42,342 nt of DNA from the NCBI GenBank assembly GCA_041575955.1, contig JBFGLX010000002.1, forward strand, positions 1-42,342, in the 5' to 3' direction. This DNA comes from Thermoanaerobaculia bacterium. Its GTDB lineage: Bacteria > Acidobacteriota > Thermoanaerobaculia > Multivoradales > JAHEKO01. Below, one piece after another: positions 35,176 to 42,342 of this stretch (its first letter is position 1; every line of letters starts with the position of its first letter). A program made the position numbers and the translations under genes. A model generated the notes under the pieces. That model had not been told where the DNA came from. It worked only from the letters and a program-made list of their open reading frames with translations, and did not search any database.

Positions 35176-38100
35176 ATGACGCGTCGGTTCGCTGCTGGGC
35201 GCCTCGCCGCGAGCGCGGCAGCCCTATTCGCGGCCCTGTCGCTGCTGCCCGGGGGCGCCTCCGCCCTGCCGCCGCAGCCCGAGGCCTACTGCTTCGCGGT
35301 TGCGGACTCCGGCGACAACCTGGTCTTTATCAATAAGGATGGTGACGGCTTCGTCGACATGGGACCGACGGGCACCGGGGCGATGGAGGCGATTGCTTTC
35401 AACCCGGACGACGGCAACCTCTACGCCGTCAACGGCGACGACTTCGGCTTCCTGGACTACGACGACTCCTTCGACGGCGACGGCAACGACTCGGAGTTCA
35501 TCCAGATCTCCGCCGACGTCGGGAGCTGCACCCTGCCGGGCGGCGCCCCGCTCGCCATCAACGACATCGATGGCCTGCAGTTCGACGTCACCCGCACCGA
35601 CGCATCGACCGGCACGTTCGTCCTCTGGGCTACCGCCCGCGACGGCGACGGCTCCGCTCCCGACGACGTCCTGTTCCAGATCGACCCGGCCACCGGCCTC
35701 GTGGACACCACGCCGACGCCCGGCTTCACCGGCGGCGCCACCTGCGTGCGCATCAGCGGCCCCGGGATCAACGTCGACGTCGACGACGTCGCCGCCAAGC
35801 CGACCGACGGCATCATCTACGTGGTCAACAACATCGGTGGCGGCACCGACCAGCTGGTCGAGGTCGATCCGGTGACCGGGCTCGGTACCGTCGTCGGCTT
35901 CTTCGACAACACCAACCCGCCGCCGGCGACCGTCTCGGACATGGAGGGCATGTCGTTCGGCGCCGACGGTACCCTGCACGGCACCACCGGCGCCTCGGGG
36001 ACCAGCCCGAACGACTTCTGGACCATCGGCACGCCCGACGGCGAGACCACCCTGATCGCGCCCTTCCCGTCCCTGGGCGACTACGAGGCGGTGGCCTGCC
36101 TGACCGACAACCTGATCACCGGGACCGTGTTCTTCGACATCGACGAGGACGGCGTGTACGAGCCGGCCGACGGCGATTCGGGCTTCACCGGCGCCACCGT
36201 CCGCGTCTACATCGACAACAACGACGACGGCCTCGTCGACGCCGGCGACTCGCTGCTCTGCGACAATCCGGGCGGCGGCTTCAATCTGGCCTGTCCGGTC
36301 ACCGACCCGAACGGCGACTGGGTGTTTCCGGTCGGCCAGGGCAACTTCGTGATGGAAGTCGACGTGGCGACCCTGCCGGCGGGCGCGACCCTCACCACCG
36401 ACAACGCCGAAGAGGCCGACTTCGGAGTGCTCGACTTCGGTCTCGAGGACCCGGACAACGACTACGGTTTCATCCTGCCGGAGGGGTCGGGAGACCTCGA
36501 CATCACCAAGACCTCCGACGCCGGCGGCCCGGTGGTCCAGGGACAGACCCTGACCTACACCCTCACGGTCCAGAACAACAGCGGCGCGAACCACACCGGC
36601 ATCAGGGTCACCGACGTCCTGCCCGCGGGCGTGACCTACGTGCCCCAGAGCACCGTCGTCACCGGCCCGCTCGAGCTCTACGCGCTCGATGAGTTCGGCG
36701 CCGCCCTCTACAGCAACCGCGACGGGCCCCATCCCTGGGCGATCGACTGGCTGGAGACCAACGACGACGGCTCGCCGACCACCGGCAGCATCGACGTCGC
36801 CGCCGGCGAGCTGCGCTTCACCGGCTCGGGCGGGGCGCCGCTGCGCCAGATCGAGCGCCAGGTGGATCTCACCGGCGCCTCGGCGGCGGTGCTGCTGTTC
36901 GATTGGCGCTGCCAGGGCGACATGGAAGCGGCCCAGGACTTCGTGTTCGTCGAGGTCTCGGGCAACGGCGGGGCGAGCTACACGACCCTCGACACCCGGG
37001 AGGGTGAGGTCCACATGTGTCTCGAGCCCGGCGACGCGGACTCCGGCTCGGTCGCCTACGACATCTCGGCCTTCGCGGCCGTCAACACGCGGATCCGGCT
37101 CGGGTTCACGATCAGCGCCACCGACGAGTTCTTCTTCGTCGACAACCTGGAAGTGCGCTTCGCCGAGACCTTCCGCGACCAGTTCGGCACGGTCTCCTAC
37201 GCCAACAACGACGGCTCGCTCTCGTGGGCCACGAGCTGGCTGGAGATCGGCGAGGCCGACGGCCCCGGCTCGGGCGACATCCAGGTCACCGCGGACGAGG
37301 ACTTCGGCGCGCTGCAGGTCCTGCGTATCCGCGACAACGACAACGGCGGCGAGGGGGTCCAGCGGGAGGCCGACCTGTCGCCCTATCAGACGGCGACCCT
37401 TTCGTTCGCCTATCGCCGCAGCGACCTGGACGACCTCAACGACTTCGTGACCGTCGAGGTCTCCGGCGACGGCGGCGCCAACTGGGTCGAGCTCGACCGC
37501 TTCGTGGGTCCCGCCGCGGACGATCCGGCGTACACCACGATCAGCTACGACATCTCGGACTTCGCCTCGCCCACTACCCGGGTCCGCTTCCTGAGCTCGC
37601 CGAGCCTGGGCGGCAACGACGAGGTCTACTTCGACGACGTGACGATCAGCGCCCGTGCCCCGATCGCCGGCACCAAGGACAACGATCCGGGCGGCGCCAA
37701 TCCCCCCGACCTGGTGGACGGGGTGCCGCCCGGCCTGGTGGAGCCGGCCGACGGCTTCCTGCTCCCCGACGGCAACAGTCTGACCGTGACCTTCCAGGTG
37801 ACGGTGGACAACCCGCTGACGCCCTTTGCCGCAAGCCTGCTCAACCTGGCGGTGGTCAACAGCACCGAAAGCAGCGTGCCGGAGGTCGCCCGCCACGTCG
37901 ATCCGGTGGTGAGCGGTGCGCTCGGCGACCGGGTCTGGCTCGACGTCGACGGCGATGGCGTGCAGGACGTCGGCGAGCCCGGGCTGCCGAACGTCGAGGT
38001 CACCCTGTTCGACGCCGGCGCCGACGGCCTGCCGGGGGGCGGCGACGACACCGCTCTGGCCACGGCCCTGACCGGCATGAACGGCGAATACCTGTTCGAG

Positions 38101-41100
38101 CATCTGGCTCCCGGCCCCTACTTCGTCGACGTCACCGACGCCACGGTGCCGGCGGGCCTCGTCCTGGCGCCGGGCAGCACCGATCCGAGCGCGGTCTTCA
38201 CCGTCTCCCAGAGCGAGATTTTCCTGACCGCCGACTTCGGTTACGCCAACGCCAGCGCCGCGAGCGCGATCATCGGCGACTACCTCTGGAACGACCTCGA
38301 CCGCGACGGCATCCAGGATCCGGGCGAGATCGGCATCGGCGGGGTCACGCTCGAGCTGGTCGATCTCTCGACCGGCCTGACCGTGGGCGCCCCGGTCACC
38401 ACCACGGCCGACGGCAGGTACCTGTTCACCGGGGTCCCGCCCGGCGAGTACGAGGTGCGGGTGACCGACACCGGCTCGGTGCTCTCCGGCTCCTCGCCGA
38501 CGGTCGGTCCGCAGAGCGAGGGCGGCTTCGTCAGCGCGCCGGTGACCGTCATCGCCGGCCAGGTGGTCGACGATCTCGACTTCGGCTTCGCGTCCGACGC
38601 CTGTCTGCCGCGGATCGACTTCGACGTCGACGCGCTCGGTAACCCGATCGTTGCGGGTCAGTTCCTGGACGACGAGTGGGCGGCCTGGGGAGTCACCCTC
38701 TCTGTTGTGGCCAACCCCGACGGCGACCCGTCAACCCCGCCTGACCCGGGCCCGCTCATGGCCTTCGACAGCTTCAACCCGACCGGCGCCGACGACGATC
38801 TCGGCTCGCCAAACGAGACCTGCACGCCCGCCGGCCCGGGTCAGGGCGCCGACGGCGAAGTGGGCATGCCGGGCGAGAACTGCACGTTCCAAAGCAACCT
38901 GCTGATCATCAGCGAGGATGGCGACCAGAGCGACCCCGACGACTCCGGCTTCGGCGGCACGATCACCTTCGACTTCGCCGCCGACGTCGAGATCGAGGCG
39001 GTCGAGTTTCTCGACGCCGAGAACACTTCCGACAGCGTCGAGCTGTTCGACCAGTTCTCGACCTCGATCTTCTTCAGCAACCTGACGGCCCCCGGCGATA
39101 ACGCCTACGAGCTGCTACCGGTGGACACCGCCGGCGCGCGCCAGATGGTGGTCACCTTCCCGTCCAGCGGCGCCATCGCCGCGGTCGACTTCTGCCTGGG
39201 CAGCCTGCGCGACAAGGTCTGGCTGGACGCCGACGGCGACGGCTTCTTCGACATTCTCGGTCCGGACGGCCTGCCGGGCACCGGCGACGAGGAGACGCCG
39301 ATCGCCGGCGTGACCGTCGATCTCTTGAACGCCTCCGGCGAGGTGATCGCCACCACCATCACCGACGCCGGCGGCAACATCCGGTTCGACGGCCTCGACG
39401 ACGGCGACTACACGATCGTGATCACCGACACCGACGGCGTGCTGAACCCCTACGGCGGCACCACCACGCCCGCCCAGAACGAGCAGCTCGCGGTGACGAT
39501 CACCGGCGGCGTCGACGTGGTCGGGGTGAACTTCGGCTACAACTCCCCGGGCACGATCGGCGACACGGTGTTCAACGATCCGGACGGCGACGGCATCCAG
39601 GATCCGGGCGAGGCCGGGATCGCCGGTGTGAAGGTCGAGCTCTGGCGGGACGCCGACGGCAACGGCATCTTCGACAACACGGTCGACATCCTGGTCGGCT
39701 CGCAGATGACCGCCGCGGACGGCAGCTACCTCTACTCCGGCCTGACCCGCGGCACCTACTTCGCCAGCATCGACGACTCCCAGCCCGTGCTCGCCGGCTA
39801 CACGCCGACCACGAACGACGAGGAGACCGGCCCCAACGCTCCGGGGACCCAGATCGAGACGCCGCTGGTCGCACTGGGCGACTCGTTCCTGGACGCCGAC
39901 TTCGGCTACAGGAACGCCACCCTGGCCGACATCTCGGGCACGGTCTTCGAGGACCTCGACCGCGACGGCGTCGAGGAGGCGGGCGAAGGCGGTTTCGGCG
40001 GCGTCACGGTCGAGCTGCGCGACTGCTCGGGCAACGTGCTGGCCACGGCCACGACCGACGCCATGGGCGACTACTCCTTCCCCGACCTGCCCGCGGGCTG
40101 CTACCGGGTGGCGGTGACCGACGATTTCGGGGTGCTGGTCGGCTACGCGCTCACCAGCGGTCTCGACACCATCGAGGTGAACCTCGCGGCGAGCGACGTC
40201 GGCGACGTCGACTTCGGCTACGTTCGCGATCCTGGTGGCGCCTCGATCGGCGACGCCGTCTGGCTCGACGAGAACGCCGACGGCATCCAGAGCGCCGCCG
40301 AGGCGGGGCTCTCGGGCGTCACGCTGGATCTCTGGCTCGACGACGGCGACGGCATCCTCGACACCAGCGGCGCCACCGACACGCTGATCGCGACCACCAT
40401 CACCGACGCCAACGGCGAATACCTGTTCCCGGGTCTCGCCGCCGGGAAGTACTTCGTGGATCTCGACACGACCACGCTGCCGGCGAACCTGACCGAGACG
40501 GCCTATCCGGGCGGCTTCGACCCCGCGGCCCTGACCGCGATCAGCGAGGGCGAGAACTACGACCAGGCCGACTTCGGCTACCTGCCCGACGCCGGCACCG
40601 CGGTGCTCGGCGACCGGGTCTGGTACGACACCGACGGCGACGGCCTCCAGGACCCGGGCGAGATCGGCATCGGGGGCGTCGACATCCAGCTCTCGGGCCC
40701 GTCGTGCACGCCGGGGCTGTGCACGGTGACCACCGGACCCGACGGCACCTGGCTGGCGACCGGGCTGGCGCCGGGCGAGTACATCGTCCACGTCGACACC
40801 TCGACGCTGCCGGCCGGGTACAACACGACGCCCACCAACAACGGCGGCGACGACACCTACACGATCACGGTGGCGGCGGGCGACCTCTTCGCCCACCTCG
40901 ACTTCGGCTTCGACGGCGGCTCGACCGGCTCGATCGGCAACTTCGTCTGGTTCGACGACGACGGCGACGGCGTCGTCACCGCGGGCGAGATCGGCGTCGA
41001 GGGGGTGACCATCAACCTGGTGCGCGACACCAACGGCAACGGCGTGATCGACCCCGGCGAGCCGATCCTCGACACCGTCCGCACCGACGCGGCGGGCGGC

Positions 41101-42342
41101 TACACCTTCTCGGGCCTGCCGCTGTCGGACGCCGGCGACGGCGATGCGAGCGACGCCGACTACCTGATCGACGTCACCGACATCGACGAGCTGCTGATCA
41201 CCACCAACAAGACCAGCGGCGCGGCCGACACGGACAACAACAGCCAGGACGATCCCTACGACGTGGTGCTGACCGCGGGCTCGCCGACCAGCGTCACCGC
41301 CGACTTCGGCTACGCGCCGTCGGCGGGCATGGGCTCGATCGGCAGCCAGGTCTGGCACGACCTCGACCTCGACGGGCTGTTCGAGCCGCTGGGCGCCGAC
41401 GGCCTGCCGAACACGGCCGACGACGAGTCGGGCTTCGAGGGCGTGACGGTCCAGCTGTGGCTCGACGACGGCGACGGCTCCTTCGAGCCGTTCACGGGCG
41501 ACGACAACCTGCTGCGCTCGATCACCACCGACGCCAACGGCGAGTACGAGTTCGACGGCCTGCCGTCGAGCACCTACTTCGTCACCGTCAGCGACGTCAA
41601 CGGCGTCCTGGCGGGCTTCGTCCAGACGCCGATCGGCGGGCCGTTCTCCTGTCCGGGCGCCGACGACACCAGCAAGGTGGATCCCTGCATCGTGACCCTT
41701 ACCGGCGGCGCCGCGTCCGACGTCACCGCCGACTTCGGCTATGCCGCCGATCCGGTCGGCTTCGTGCTTTCGATCTCGGGCACCGTGTTCGAGGACGAGG
41801 ACCAGGACGCCCTGCACGACGAGCTCGGCGAGGGCACCGTGCCGGGGGCGATCCTGCTGCTCTACAACGATCTCGACGGCGACGGCGTGCTCGACCCGGG
41901 CGAGCCCCTGATCGGCACCACCATCTCCGACGCCAGCGGCGACTACCTGTTCGACAATCTGCCGCCGGGCGACTACCTGGTCGCGGTCGATCCCGACGGG
42001 ACGCCGGTCGAAGATTGGATCCAGACCACCCAGTCGGGCAGCGGCGGGCTGCAGCCGGTGACGCTGGTCGACGCCGATGTGGCCGACCGGGACTTCGGCT
42101 TCTGGAGCGGTGGCTTCGTCACCACGCCGGTGACGCTCGTGGGCTTCGAGGCGACGGGTGGCGGCCACGTCACCTTCCGCTGGACGACGGCGACCGAGGT
42201 CGGCAACGTCGGCTTCAATATTTGGGCGGTCGAGCGCGACGGCATGGTGCGTCTCAACGACGAGCTGATCCCGTCGGCGGGCGGCGATTCGCTCGAGCCG
42301 ACGAGCTACGCCTTCGAGGCTTCGGGAGTCGCGGCCGAGACC
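35176..42342 (+). CDS. Giant secreted repeat protein / adhesin with SdrD-B (Cna-B-like) repeats, 3' end outside the window
   Basis: I translated frame 1 by hand from 35041 to 42342 and found no stop after the TAA at 35016-35018. The ORF is absent from the supplied track because it has no stop in the window. The ATG at 35176 gives the signal peptide MTRRFAAGRLAASAAALFAALSLLPGGASA/LP. A DUF11-like segment is present (DLDITKTSDAGGPVVQGQTLTYTLTVQNNSGANHTGIRVTDVLPAGVTYV). There are 11 repeats of the type GDRVWLDVDGDGVQDVGEPGLPNVEVTLFD...GEYLF..L.PG.Y.V.V...DFGY. Confidence 0.9.
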   Translation, partial: MTRRFAAGRLAASAAALFAALSLLPGGASALPPQPEAYCFAVADSGDNLVFINKDGDGFVDMGPTGTGAMEAIAFNPDDGNLYAVNGDDFGFLDYDDSFDGDGNDSEFIQISADVGSCTLPGGAPLAINDIDGLQFDVTRTDASTGTFVLWATARDGDGSAPDDVLFQIDPATGLVDTTPTPGFTGGATCVRISGPGINVDVDDVAAKPTDGIIYVVNNIGGGTDQLVEVDPVTGLGTVVGFFDNTNPPPATVSDMEGMSFGADGTLHGTTGASGTSPNDFWTIGTPDGETTLIAPFPSLGDYEAVACLTDNLITGTVFFDIDEDGVYEPADGDSGFTGATVRVYIDNNDDGLVDAGDSLLCDNPGGGFNLACPVTDPNGDWVFPVGQGNFVMEVDVATLPAGATLTTDNAEEADFGVLDFGLEDPDNDYGFILPEGSGDLDITKTSDAGGPVVQGQTLTYTLTVQNNSGANHTGIRVTDVLPAGVTYVPQSTVVTGPLELYALDEFGAALYSNRDGPHPWAIDWLETNDDGSPTTGSIDVAAGELRFTGSGGAPLRQIERQVDLTGASAAVLLFDWRCQGDMEAAQDFVFVEVSGNGGASYTTLDTREGEVHMCLEPGDADSGSVAYDISAFAAVNTRIRLGFTISATDEFFFVDNLEVRFAETFRDQFGTVSYANNDGSLSWATSWLEIGEADGPGSGDIQVTADEDFGALQVLRIRDNDNGGEGVQREADLSPYQTATLSFAYRRSDLDDLNDFVTVEVSGDGGANWVELDRFVGPAADDPAYTTISYDISDFASPTTRVRFLSSPSLGGNDEVYFDDVTISARAPIAGTKDNDPGGANPPDLVDGVPPGLVEPADGFLLPDGNSLTVTFQVTVDNPLTPFAASLLNLAVVNSTESSVPEVARHVDPVVSGALGDRVWLDVDGDGVQDVGEPGLPNVEVTLFDAGADGLPGGGDDTALATALTGMNGEYLFEHLAPGPYFVDVTDATVPAGLVLAPGSTDPSAVFTVSQSEIFLTADFGYANASAASAIIGDYLWNDLDRDGIQDPGEIGIGGVTLELVDLSTGLTVGAPVTTTADGRYLFTGVPPGEYEVRVTDTGSVLSGSSPTVGPQSEGGFVSAPVTVIAGQVVDDLDFGFASDACLPRIDFDVDALGNPIVAGQFLDDEWAAWGVTLSVVANPDGDPSTPPDPGPLMAFDSFNPTGADDDLGSPNETCTPAGPGQGADGEVGMPGENCTFQSNLLIISEDGDQSDPDDSGFGGTITFDFAADVEIEAVEFLDAENTSDSVELFDQFSTSIFFSNLTAPGDNAYELLPVDTAGARQMVVTFPSSGAIAAVDFCLGSLRDKVWLDADGDGFFDILGPDGLPGTGDEETPIAGVTVDLLNASGEVIATTITDAGGNIRFDGLDDGDYTIVITDTDGVLNPYGGTTTPAQNEQLAVTITGGVDVVGVNFGYNSPGTIGDTVFNDPDGDGIQDPGEAGIAGVKVELWRDADGNGIFDNTVDILVGSQMTAADGSYLYSGLTRGTYFASIDDSQPVLAGYTPTTNDEETGPNAPGTQIETPLVALGDSFLDADFGYRNATLADISGTVFEDLDRDGVEEAGEGGFGGVTVELRDCSGNVLATATTDAMGDYSFPDLPAGCYRVAVTDDFGVLVGYALTSGLDTIEVNLAASDVGDVDFGYVRDPGGASIGDAVWLDENADGIQSAAEAGLSGVTLDLWLDDGDGILDTSGATDTLIATTITDANGEYLFPGLAAGKYFVDLDTTTLPANLTETAYPGGFDPAALTAISEGENYDQADFGYLPDAGTAVLGDRVWYDTDGDGLQDPGEIGIGGVDIQLSGPSCTPGLCTVTTGPDGTWLATGLAPGEYIVHVDTSTLPAGYNTTPTNNGGDDTYTITVAAGDLFAHLDFGFDGGSTGSIGNFVWFDDDGDGVVTAGEIGVEGVTINLVRDTNGNGVIDPGEPILDTVRTDAAGGYTFSGLPLSDAGDGDASDADYLIDVTDIDELLITTNKTSGAADTDNNSQDDPYDVVLTAGSPTSVTADFGYAPSAGMGSIGSQVWHDLDLDGLFEPLGADGLPNTADDESGFEGVTVQLWLDDGDGSFEPFTGDDNLLRSITTDANGEYEFDGLPSSTYFVTVSDVNGVLAGFVQTPIGGPFSCPGADDTSKVDPCIVTLTGGAASDVTADFGYAADPVGFVLSISGTVFEDEDQDALHDELGEGTVPGAILLLYNDLDGDGVLDPGEPLIGTTISDASGDYLFDNLPPGDYLVAVDPDGTPVEDWIQTTQSGSGGLQPVTLVDADVADRDFGFWSGGFVTTPVTLVGFEATGGGHVTFRWTTATEVGNVGFNIWAVERDGMVRLNDELIPSAGGDSLEPTSYAFEASGVAAET
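36124..36470 (+). repeat. First SdrD-B/Cna-B-like domain of the adhesin
   Basis: ITGTVFFDIDEDGVYEPADGDSGFTGATVRVYIDNNDDG ... GDWVFPVGQGNFVMEVDVATLPAG ... ADFGV. Confidence 0.65.
36676..37653 (+). repeat. Tandem duplication of a ~160-aa module inside the adhesin (jelly-roll-like, family not recognised)
   Basis: Module 1 runs LDEFGAALYSNRDGPHPWAIDWLETNDDGSPTTGSIDV ... VFVEVSGNGGASYTTL ... TRIRLGFTISATDEFFFVDNLEV. Module 2 runs RDQFGTVSYANNDGSLSWATSWLEIGEADGPGSGDIQV ... VTVEVSGDGGANWVEL ... TRVRFLSSPSLGGNDEVYFDDVTI. Confidence 0.7.
37915..38590 (+). repeat. Two tandem SdrD-B-like domains
   Basis: The repeat starts are LGDRVWLDVDGDGVQD (about 37918) and IIGDYLWNDLDRDGIQDPGEIGIGGVTLELVD (about 38269). 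Each ends in DFGY/DFGF. Confidence 0.8.
39199..42105 (+). repeat. Eight tandem SdrD-B-like domains (degenerate, protein-level repeats of about 105-145 aa)
   Basis: Repeat starts are at about 39199 (RDKVWLDADGDG), 39553 (GDTVFNDPDGDGIQDPGE), 39925 (SGTVFEDLDRDGVEE), 40243 (GDAVWLDENADGIQ), 40603 (GDRVWYDTDGDGLQDPGE), 40927 (GNFVWFDDDGDG), 41335 (GSQVWHDLDLDG) and 41770 (SGTVFEDEDQD). Each contains GxY.F..L..G.Y and ends in DFGY/F. Confidence 0.8.

Noticed and set aside
37915-42105. Periodic nucleotide similarity that might be mistaken for a DNA tandem repeat or CRISPR-like array.
   Set aside because: The periodicity is irregular, at about 320-435 nt. Conservation is at the protein-motif level only, there are no spacer/repeat boundaries, and the whole region is one open reading frame.
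35224-42168. Two very long minus-strand ORFs (35224..38103, 959 aa; 39115..42168, 1017 aa), plus the plus-strand ORFs 35300..35875, 36689..37450 and 37017..38642.
   Set aside because: Their translations are Gly/Val/Asp/Arg/Ala low-complexity with no motifs. They are mirror or off-frame images of the GAC/GGC/ACC-rich sense frame. That sense frame is open throughout and encodes recognisable signal-peptide, DUF11-like and SdrD-B-like sequence.

Overview
This is a very GC-rich bacterial window, roughly 70% G+C by eye. I saw no rRNA, tRNA, CRISPR array or transposase.

It contains four blocks:

1. **1-3727.** The 3' part of a trypsin-like peptidase / vWA / beta-barrel fusion protein, followed by a crotonase-family gene.

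2. **3880-20551, minus strand.** A roughly 16.7 kb Wzx/Wzy-type polysaccharide biosynthesis operon of 15 genes.
   - Almost all genes are joined by 1-8 nt start/stop overlaps.
   - It includes a PglF/E/D/C-like bacillosamine-type module, five glycosyltransferases, a deacetylase, a GNAT, a sulfotransferase and a PF14907-like nucleotidyltransferase.

3. **20614-29353.** A methyltransferase, an acidic secreted protein, an export module (outer-membrane beta-barrel, Wza, Wzc, TPR lipoprotein) and a divergent Wzy_C (O-antigen ligase / O-oligosaccharyltransferase-like) gene.

4. **29213-35018.** The most interesting part: a split-B lasso peptide gene cluster.
   - It has a PqqD-like B1, a transglutaminase-like B2, an HPr-kinase-like enzyme and an AsnB-like cyclase that lacks the catalytic Cys2.
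   - It has a 61-aa precursor whose leader matches the YxxPxLx3Gx5Tx spacing. The predicted core is GGSPGAGDSGSGAFVEDLPTG with a Gly1-Asp8 ring.
   - An unknown 592-aa membrane protein is translationally coupled to B1.

Downstream lies a giant secreted repeat protein, 35176 to beyond 42342 and at least 2389 codons. It carries 11 SdrD-B/Cna-B-like repeats. It is absent from the supplied ORF track because it runs off the window end.

Many long ORFs in the track are antisense or out-of-frame shadow ORFs typical of high-GC DNA, and I rejected them. All family assignments come from motifs read by eye; no database search was run.
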